64,000 nt of DNA from Laetmonice hystrix (Eukaryota), in assembly GCA_965235115.1 (NCBI GenBank), contig OZ249436.1:6696001-6760000 (forward strand). Reading direction: 5' to 3'. The notes under the pieces were generated by a model. That model was not told where the DNA came from. It searched no databases and was given only the letters and a program-made list of their open reading frames with translations. Below are positions 54,822-64,000 of the stretch, in pieces. Each line of letters starts with the position of its first letter. The first letter of the stretch is position 1. A program made the translations under genes and the position numbers.

Positions 54822-55930
54822 CTCGTATATAAACCAGGCACAGTTGATAACAGTCGGGATGGAAACCTACCTCAGTATCAGCTGACTCAGAGAGTACCCA
54901 AACAATATGTAGCTCTATGTATAGGTTTCAGATGAACACCTACCTCAGTATCAGCTGACTCAGAGAGTACCCAAACAATATGTAGCTCTATGTATAGGTT
55001 TCAGATGGAAACCTACCTCAGTATCAGCTGACTCAGAGAGTACCCAAACAATATGTAGCTCTATGTATAGGTTTCAGATGGAAACCTACCTCAGTATCAG
55101 CTAACTCAGACAGTACCCAAACAATATGTAGCTCTATGTATAGGTTTCAGATGGAAACCTACCTCAGTATCAGCTAACTCAGAGAGTACCCTAACAATAT
55201 GTAGCTCTATGTATATAGGTTTCAGATGGAAACCTACCTCAGTATCCGCTAACTCAGAGAGTACCCAAACAATATGTAGCTCTATGTATATAGGTTTCAG
55301 ATGGAAACCTACCTCAGTATCAGCTGACTCAGAGAGTACCCAAACAATATGTAGCTCTATGTATATAGGTTTCAGATGGAAACCTACCTCAGTATCAGCT
55401 GACTCAGAGAGTACCCAAACAATATGTAGCTCTATGTATAGGTTTCAGATGGAAACCTACCTCAGTATCAGCTGACTCAGAGAGTACCCAAACAATATGT
55501 AGCTCTATGTATAGGTTTCAGATGGAAACCTACCTCAGTATTAGCTGACTCAGAGAGTACCCAAACAATATGTAGCTCTATGTATAGGTTTCAGATGGAA
55601 ACCTACCTCAGTATCAGCTGACTCAGAGAGTACCCAAACAATATGTAACGCTATGTATAGGTTTCAGATGGAAACCTACCTCAGTATCAGCTGACTCAGA
55701 GAGTACCCAAACAATATGTAGCTCTATGTATATAGGTTTCAGATGGAAACCTACCTCAGTATCAGCTAACTCAGAGAGTATCCAAACATCATGTAGCTCT
55801 ATGTATATAGGTTTCAGATGGAAACCTACCTCAGTATCAGCTAACTCAGAGAGTACCCAAACAATATATAGCTCTCTGTGTAGGTTTCAGGGCACACTCT
55901 GCTACAGCTCACACACTGAATAATATTATA
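54822..55930 (+). mobile_element. Decayed LINE RT relic containing the 73-bp array
   Basis: LVYKPG ~ PVYKKG; the unit reads GNLPQYQLTQRVPK (spacing of GNYRPISLTSVVCK) ... IGFR; right flank GFRAHS ~ GFR.GHS. Confidence 0.5.
54858..55890. repeat. Minisatellite, 73/75-bp unit x ~14
   Basis: GATGGAAACCTACCTCAGTATCAGCTGACTCAGAGAGTACCCAAACAATATGTAGCTCTATGTATAGGTTTCA; variants carry an extra TA. Confidence 0.99.
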
Positions 55931-56629
55931 TCGTGATATACGATCATGACATATGTTTCTAGTTAAACCTCTGGTTTTTACTACTATTCTCTCGCGATGC
56001 TATAATGTTTATACCATAATAACGTCTACAAGAAATGAAAACCGTTTCGGATAATTTTTTCACGGTGTCTGCCTTTGGCTAGAAGTGGACAGTGTAATTA
56101 ATTGTAAAGCTTTGGGAGGGGACACTCGGGCTTTGCGCAGGAATTCGCTGACCGTGTTTTTTACTGAATTCCTGCACTATTTCATGTCAAGAGACTGGGG
56201 ACCCGATTACAAGCTTTACTTCTTTGTTGTAAACCACGGAACACTGGTCCACTTCTTCAGTACTTGCTGAATCGATCTCCAGGAAGGCAGTCTGAATAGT
56301 TATGTTTGACAAGAGGGTCTCTATTTCTCTTACTGTTTGCACTGGATTAGTTTTTGGAGGCGTGACGTCACCCTGACCTAGAAATACCAGCAGCATATTC
56401 GATAAATTGGGATAGTTGTGTTGACGTTGTCGATAATATGCATTTCCTTAAACAGTGTGCAATCCGTGTCTGTTGGTGGGCATATCGAATGGTAACGAAC
56501 CACTCGGGGACATGGGACAAGATTTCGTCTTTAAACAGGTGAGTCCCAACAGGTGTACTCTTGTCTTCTGCATGTCCCCTTCCAAAATACCTTAACAGAC
56601 CATTTTCATGTGAAACGCTCTCAGAAATT

Positions 56630-57545
56630 TAAAGAAAGGAGTGCCTTCCAAGATCCGCTGAGGGTACCCCCTGTAAAGATTTATTATCTTCATAACATGA
56701 CGTGTTGCAATGGATACGACACGGTGTTGTTCTCCTAGAACTCTTCTCCGCCATCGAGCGCGAGCAGGCTGAGTGAGCACACGCCAACCTTTGTACATAG
56801 ACTTGGTGTGGCCCATCTTGGCGCACATTGACTGGGCTATAGCCCATCAATGTCACACCAACCTTTGTTCATAGACTTGGCGTGGCCCATCTTGGCGCAC
56901 ATTGATTCGGCTATAGCCCATCAATGTCACACCAACCTTTGTTCATAGACTTGGCGTGGCTCATCTTGGCGCACATTGATTGGGCTATAGCCCATCAATG
57001 TCACACCAACCTTTGTTCATAGACTTGGTGTGGCCCATCTTGGCGCACATTGATTGGGCTATAGCCCATCAATGTCACACCAACCTTTGTTCATAGACTT
57101 GGTGTGGCCCATCTTGGCGCACATTGATTCGGCTATAGCCCATCAATGTCACACCAACCTTTGTTCATAGACTTGGTGTGGCCCATCTTGGCGCACATTG
57201 ATTCGGCTATAGCCCATCAATGTCACACCAACCTTTGTTCATAGACTTGGGGTGACCCATCTTGGCGCACATTGATTCGGCTATAGCCCATCAATGTCAC
57301 ACAAACCTTTGTTCATAGACTTGGTGTGGCTCATCTTGGCGCACATTGATTGGGCTATAGCCCATCAATGTCACACCAACCTTTGTTCATAGACTTGGGG
57401 TGACCCATCTTGGCGCACATTGATTCGGCTATAGCCCATCAATGTCACACAAACCAATCGGTAATGTCCCTGAGCGATGAAGCTTGTTTGCAGGACATTT
57501 ACAAACAGAGGATGTGTTGTAGTTCTGAGCCATGGAAAGACAGTA
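56630..57545 (-). mobile_element. Decayed LINE RT relic containing the 74-bp array
   Basis: Upstream HG...SC....DW; unit DGPHQ...QRL ~ DKVPHQRL; downstream RTTPCRIHCNTS (spacing of RTQRVVING.TS) and GVPSADLGRHSFL ~ GVPQGSVLGPLLFL. Confidence 0.42.
56778..57455. repeat. Minisatellite, 74-bp unit x ~9
   Basis: ACACCAACCTTTGTTCATAGACTTGGTGTGGCCCATCTTGGCGCACATTGATT(G/C)GGCTATAGCCCATCAATGTC. Confidence 0.98.
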
Positions 57546-57877
57546 CTAACCGTGTGTGTGAGCTTGTTTTACCGTGTCGAGTCAACCACTTTCAACACAG
57601 AGCTGAGTGGTGAGTAATGTCAAGTCACAATACCAGTGGGCCCCATGTAACGTTATCTAAAAGGTCATTGTAGGTTTTTTTTTGTTCTTCCATTCTTTCA
57701 TCGTTTCCGTCTCACCCCTTCACTCGTCCATGATGTTTCTCAATGATCTATCCCCACTTCCCCCAAACTTTCCCTTGTTCCACCACCGTTATCTCATGGC
57801 GTCCCAATGTGAAGCAGACATAGGACACGGGCAGGCATGGTTGACCAGCCCACCGTGTAATGGAGAAAGGAAACAAT

Positions 57878-57979
57878 TATAGAGAGAGGAGGTTCCGAGC
57901 TAACCATAATCTATAGAGAGAGGAGGTTCCGAGCTAACCATAATCTATAGAGAGAGGAGGTTCCGAGCTCACCATAATC
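57878..57979. repeat. 34-bp tandem repeat x 3
   Basis: TATAGAGAGAGGAGGTTCCGAGCTAACCATAATC. Confidence 0.93.
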
Positions 57980-58149
57980 CAGGCAGACCTAGGTCGGATA
58001 ACTTAGACAGTTATAATCCCTGCCTTTATCGCTCCTAGGTCACGGGTTATCATGATCATGTGTAAAGATAGCCGAAATGGAAAGCAGACCTAGCGGATAA
58101 TACTGCCCTATCAGTATGTATATATCCTTTTGTGTAAACGTATCCGTGG

Positions 58150-58710
58150 GCACTGGAGGCCATGTTTTGGATCATATGTTAGCAACACACGAGATATGGG
58201 ATTGGGATTGGGAGAGAGAGCTGATCGTGTAACCAGTTTAACCGGAGTACCCGTCAGAACCACCAACCTTGGGGCAGGTAAACCACGTGAACCCTGAAGT
58301 GAAAGGTTCTGTGATCACAAGGGAGAGACTTAGACCACTCAACCACATCACCTTTTCCGAACTCACCCAGACAGGAATCATTCTCAATAGTGGGCGGTTA
58401 GATCGAGTAATTGAGTTTTATCATGTTGAAAACTCCAAGGTAACTTTACAAAGCGTTGAAAAGAATATTTCCGTTCACAAGTGCGGGTTGCTGCATGAAT
58501 GTGATGTTAGGATTGTTTCTCTAGGTCCACGACCCACACATTTCATCCTCTCATCCGCTTCTCGAGGTCTACTAAAACAAGCACAGGCCATGCACGCCAA
58601 ATTTGCCAGGTAGGATTTCAGCATGGCATGAAGGCCATGGTAAGACAGAGCGAAATGGCTCTTGAATTGTGTAAACGGACGGTGTGTGTTTATAGGATCC
58701 GAGTACCACA
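58150..58710 (-). mobile_element. Decayed LINE RT catalytic core to C-terminal relic
   Basis: YSDPINTHRPF ~ YADDTVIYRPI; NGNIL...SYLGVFNMIKLNYS ~ NG.IL...KYLGVTIDSKLNWS; RVHVVYLPQGW has the spacing of RPHLEYASSVW; RVLLTYDPKHGL ~ RLTMLYKIVHGL. Confidence 0.62.
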
Positions 58711-59715
58711 TTTGTGTTGGGTGGAAGGGGTGGCAGTAAACAGGGGTTGGGGCCGGAATCCCGGGCCGGGAGCTGGGCCGGCCGGGCAGGCGTGGGCTTC
58801 GTATCGGGTAGCCGGATCACCTTCAGTTACCGCGGGCGGCGGCGACCACATCAACAGGCCCGGCCCGTCCCACCAACACCCTGCCCACGCTCGTCCCTCG
58901 GCCCTGTCATGAGGCGGGCTGGGGGCCGACCTAACACAGGTGTGTTTATGATAGCCAGGAGGGTTGAGCCCCACCCCTGTCAGGGTCCGTCACGTCACCC
59001 CCTGCCACTGGAAGGGCACCACACAGACTTCTACCAACCGGAACATACTTTGACAAACTTATCCTTGTCATCAGTATACCGACAGAACAGGGGTGGGTGG
59101 GACGGCCAGGTCAAAGTTCAGCCATCCCTGGGAGCCATGGCAACTGATGCCGGCAGGGTCTTTAACGGGCACGCGCTTCTTTTCAATTACCTCGTCGGTC
59201 AGACAAGCAGGTTTTTGTACTTATATAGGTGTACATGTTGTTTATTAGCACATGTTCTATTAGATTAAGTCAGTACTTGCTCACCCTGTCTACTTTAAAA
59301 AAACCTAGATTCCATAAAAACCTAGGCAATACAATACTTCTATTCAGCTTTGCAAATATGATTATTTGTGGACAGATGTTTTCCCACACTAATCCATGTA
59401 GGCTCAGAACTCCGAATGATAATGAGGAGTATGGATGGTCTACATTGGACAGTCTAGATAATATATAGGCCCAATGATAAATGATAACCTACCATTACCT
59501 CCCACTTTCACTTTTGATCTCTAACAACTGTCTTAGATCGTACAATACAATTACTATGGTCCAGAAAGTGATTGCAGGTCCTTCCTCAACAGATATAGCT
59601 CATGTCATATTGAACAGGTCTTACTTCAGTAACCTCAGGCGGTAGATGCACTTTGAACGCTGAATACAGTTCGATGGAATTTAGCTAGGTCTTTTTCCTC
59701 CATCGTGCCCTCTAT

Positions 59716-59908
59716 AGTCCCTCGTAGTTCGTGTATCAGGGCACGGGTCTCGGGATGTAGACTGGGGCCCAGTCTATCCGTCTGTATCACCCACTCCCGA
59801 GACTCTACACTACAAGTCCCTCGTTCGTGTATCAGGGCACGGATCTAGGGATGTAGACTGGGGCCCAGTCTATCCGTCTGTATCACCCACTCCCGAGACT
59901 CTACACTC
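59716..59908. repeat. 96-bp direct duplication containing a palindrome
   Basis: GTTCGTGTATCAGGGCACGG...CCCGAGACTCTACACT at 59727 and 59823. Confidence 0.93.
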
Positions 59909-60085
59909 CATCGGAATCTGACCAAAACACAGACGTTTATGTCATAGGAAACTAGATACCGCAGAAAATCCGATCGATTCCGGGTTTCCTATCAGCCAGC
60001 CATCTCACTGCTGCCACATTACAAACTATCTGTGCGCTGTCAGGGTTGTAAAGTTCTCGAAGTTTGCTCTGTTTGTACGGCGTCC

Positions 60086-60925
60086 GCTGGCACGCCTCCC
60101 ACCCCACAGACCGGACTGGGGCAGTGAGTGAGGCTGGCACGCCTCCCACCCCACAGACCGGACTGGGGCAGTGAGTGAGGCTGGCACGCCTCCCACCCCA
60201 CAGACCGGACCGGGGCAGTGGGTGAGGCCGGCCCGGCGGCTGGCACGCCTCCCACCCCACAGACCGTACCGGGGCAGTAAGTCAGGCTGGCACGCCTCCC
60301 ACCCCACAGACCGGAGCGGGGCAGTGGGTGAGGCTGGCCTGGCGGCTGGCACGCCTCCCACCCCACAGACCGGACCGGGGCAGTGGGTGAGGCTGGCCCG
60401 GCGGCTGGCACGCCTCCCACCCCACAGACCGGACCGGGGCAGTGAGTGAGGCCGTCCCGGCGGCTGGCACGCCTCCCACCCCACAGACCGGGGCAGTGAG
60501 TGAGGCCGGCCCGGCGGCTGGCACGCCTCCCACCCCACAGACCGGGGCAGTGAGTGAGGCTGGCACGCCTCCCACCCCACAGACCGGGGCAGTGAGTGAG
60601 GCTGGCACGCCTCCCAACCCACAGACCGGACCGGGCCAGTGGGTGAGGCTGGCCCGGGGGCTGGCACGCCTCCCACCCCACAGACCGGGGCAGTGAGTGA
60701 GGCCGGCCCGGCGGCTGGCACGCCTCCCACCCCACAGACTGGACCGGGGCAGTGGGTGAGGCCGGCCCGGCGGCTGGCACGCCTCCCACCCCACAGACTG
60801 GACCGGGGCAGTGGGTGAGGCCGGCCCGGCGGCTGGCACGCCTCCCACCCCACAGACCGGGGCAGTGAGTGAGGCTGGCACGCCTCCCACCCCACAGACC
60901 GGGGCAGTGAGTGAGGCCGGCCCGG
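60086..60925. repeat. GC-rich modular minisatellite, ~16 units of 42/47/54/59 bp
   Basis: 42-bp core GCTGGCACGCCTCCCACCCCACAGACCGGGGCAGTGAGTGAG with optional 5-bp and 12-bp inserts. Confidence 0.97.
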
Positions 60926-62715
60926 TAGCCACTGCTATCTTGACACCCTGAACGTGGCCGAGCCTGATTGAACACCTCAAACCACCCACGTTGGATAACA
61001 TCGGGCAGCAGCTTCATTCAACACATGGTCTCCTCAGTCTACTTGACTCTCGCAATGGGGTGTGCGATGTGGGGTGTAAGGGGGTGAGTTATGGGGGGAA
61101 TACCAGGGTTCTGCAGTGGTTACCTCCCAATGTACAAGGAGGCAACCAGATGACCTGAACGCCACCCTCAGACTTATTTTCGAGTAATCTTGACCCAACA
61201 GCTTCACCGCAACCACTTATGATAAAACTCAAAGTTATAGGCAAACCACATTTAAAGGCCACCCCACTTTGGGTAAAGACATTACCAAATCCCCATCAAA
61301 TTCTTCAGATAACAGGGGAAATGCATGTAGGTTCCACTGTCCTAGGGGACCACTCGAAACTAGAGTAACCCTCGTCTTTTTCGAATCGGGTGGTTCAGAA
61401 TTCAGGTCTTTAAATTTACAATAAATAAATTTCTCTAACTTTGGAAACTGAAGTGATGCCCGAACCTTACAGATACATATAAACCACCGGTGCGTGTTAG
61501 CACGTGTATTCTCCTCTCTGATCGCCCAATCACGCGCAGATCTGTGTACTCATGAGATGACCCGACTGCCCGTCACTTAGCATTGATAAGAGTGGCCAGT
61601 GTTCGTAGGGTGCCAATACCAACTGGTACTTAGCCCCGGCCCGGCCGGCTGTTCACACCCGTTACTGGCCCAGATACGTCGAACGCAATAGTTACCAGAT
61701 ACCGGTCATCCCCTCTCTCAACAATTTACATTGATGCCCTTGAAGATGCCTCTATATACATACAATGAGTACAATAATTCTTGTAATTTATGTATGTATA
61801 GAAACAAAATCATATATTGGGTCTGAGTTGTATATTACTTAGTCAAAGATATATTTAACACAGCAAACAATACCCCATGCACAGTAGAGATGTTCTATCT
61901 CAACTAAAAACATTCCACTCAATTCGCCAGTGCCAGGATTAACTTAACAGTGATATTCCGTAAAAATCATGTGTATCCCAACATTATAGGAAAACATGGG
62001 GTTCGTCTCATCTCGTTTCATCCGTAATAGCGCGCAGCGCGCGCCGCCGAAGGCGGCGCCGCGAAGCGCTGTTATGGCAACGTACGTAGATCTTCACAAC
62101 CTCTGCCCGATCCACCAAGCCGACAACTTAAACCGGATGGTAACCGGACCGCAGTCCATGCACGGCGCCATCTTGAATGTCCGAGTTGCGGGATTTTCTC
62201 GATTGTGATTGGTCGAAAAAATGTCAATTAATGAGAAACTCGTAAAGAATACAAAAATATTCCAGCTATAGCCTAATTAAATTATGGCTCCAATGATTGA
62301 AGGAGAAATATGGGATCTATACTTTCACCAGCCGATCGCTGTCTGTAAACTTCTTTGGCTTGTGCGATTCTCAAAACTAGTTCCCTCAAATCCCGCTATG
62401 CGCCGCCAGCGCTGAAAGCCCACTTCCGCCGACTGGGACTTCCGGTGTCAACATCCAGTACGACACACCGCCGCTTTGTTTCCGAGTATGATTGTCGGGC
62501 TCGATTGGGCTATAGATAGAGTTAGGATTAGTTAAGGTTAGGGTTAGCTCTCAATCATTTCTGTCTGATGAATAGATATTCATACTAGTCTACCTGTGAT
62601 CGTTAGGCCGCAGTACCTCGCCGTAGACGTAGTCGTTAGAGTTTAACATCCACCTACCACAGCACCTAGTGCTACCACACGCTGCGCGCTCCCTATGTCC
62701 CCGACATTTCATATT

Positions 62716-63013
62716 AACGACATACTAAATCGTAATAACGAATAGATATTACGTAATAACGACATACTAAGTCGTAATAACGAGATATCTAAGTCGTAAT
62801 AACGACATACTAAGTCGTAATAACGCGATATCTAAGTCGTAATAACGACATACTAAGTCATAATAACGAGATATCTAAGTCGTAATAACGACATACTAAG
62901 TCATAATAACGACATACTAAGTCGTAATAACGACATACTAAGTCGTAATAACGAGATATCTAAGTCGTAATATACGACATACCAAGTCGTAATAACGACA
63001 TACTAAGTCGTAA
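62716..63013. repeat. 21-bp tandem repeat x ~14
   Basis: AACGACATACTAAGTCGTAAT alternating with a GAGATATCT variant. Confidence 0.96.
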
Positions 63014-63182
63014 AAAGTAATTCCTGATCTTTGTCAGACGGTGTTCGAAACGTTACCAACCTTTAGTTAACACGTGGCGGTGTTACAACCTTTTGTTGGT
63101 ATCGATCTCCTCACCAATCCAAAACGTCGTCTGCCATGGCCACCTGCATCACGTGACTAGGACTACTTCCGGTCTGAACCAG

Positions 63183-63858
63183 GGGCCCGTCTTACTAACG
63201 TAGATCCCGGGGATAATCCCCGGGATTGTCCCCAGTTTGGGGACATCCCCACTCTGAGGCGTCTTACTAAGAATGTCCCTCCCGGGGACATCCCCAAATC
63301 GGGGATTTTGGTGGGGACTGCTACCGAGTTGTCCCCGCCAAATCGCCACTAAGAAAACGTTAATTAGAGGTATATCTCTAAGTAAATAAGAGCTCAAATG
63401 TGTCAAACCGTAAAGTAGAGATCTTGCTTTCTCTCCCCAGTGCCACGAACACAACGTTTGTGTTTACAGAGAGTGCTACGTGACGTCCAAACAAACCATT
63501 GTCTGACGTCAAAATAGACAGTGATTCTAGCTGACACAGTGAACGGGCATGGAGGACGTCTAAAATAGCGTGTTTTGGAATGTTAGTTTATGATAATCAA
63601 ACAACATAAGTTGAGCTCATGATTTCAGTTATATAGATTGTAAAAGGTAAGAATGCGAAATGGACTACAACGGGTGTTAAAACAGCATGTTTTAAGTTTC
63701 TCTGCTGGGCGAATTATCATCAGCATAAGCGGCAATCGGCGACATGTTAGCAAATGTTAGTAAGACAGGCACTGAGGGATGTCCCCGGGATGTCCCCGGG
63801 ATGTCCCCGTTTGGGGATGTCCCCACTTTGGGGACAAAATTCTTAGTAAGACGGGCCC
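63183..63858. mobile_element. 676-bp PIF/Harbinger-like MITE
   Basis: 16-bp perfect TIR GGGCCCGTCTTACTAA / TTAGTAAGACGGGCCC; 3-bp CAG duplication at 63180-63182 and 63859-63861; subterminal GGGACATCCC motifs on both arms; no coding capacity. Confidence 0.85.
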
Positions 63859-64000
63859 CAGTTTCCCGCAGCGTCCCTGTAACACAGAATAACGTTATTG
63901 GGGTGTTACCTTCAATACCTGTAGCTATAGCAGGCTGGGTGGAATGTCGTGTTTGATAATAGACGTCGGCAGCAGGATGTTATTAACTAAACACCCTACT

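Larger units (their letters stand above)
59525..61010 (-). mobile_element. Decayed CR1-like RT relic split by a GC-rich array and a 96-bp duplication
   Basis: LPDVIQ...VF (60991-61008); [array]; SKLRELYNPDSAQI ~ TKLYREIKSPEDAQI; [duplication]; EEKDL (59686-59700); VQSASTA*GY*SKTCSI*HE has the spacing of VNKASRMLGLIRATFSCLDE. Confidence 0.55.

Noticed and set aside
60026-61017. 289-325-aa minus-strand ORFs
   Set aside because: Translations of the stop-free GC-rich minisatellite.

Overview
Animal (probably invertebrate) genomic DNA. One host gene is supportable: a heparan sulfate glucosamine 3-O-sulfotransferase of the HS3ST2/3/4/6 type on the + strand. Its 5'-truncated exon (<3-754) and last coding exon (26877-27495) are separated by a 26.1-kb phase-2 intron. 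No other gene, RNA gene or CRISPR array is supportable. The rest consists of (i) about 20 minisatellite arrays and 2-4-copy duplications (about 9 kb, concentrated at 46.7-63 kb), (ii) many short, heavily decayed non-LTR retrotransposon (LINE ORF2, CR1/L2-like) relics, identified only by eye from conserved RT/endonuclease motif order and spacing, and (iii) two TIR-bounded MITEs with target-site duplications. Main observation: most large minisatellites appear to lie inside decayed LINE RT coding sequence and to be amplified pieces of it, and several carry a hairpin in each unit. All LINE calls need confirmation by a frameshift-aware protein search.
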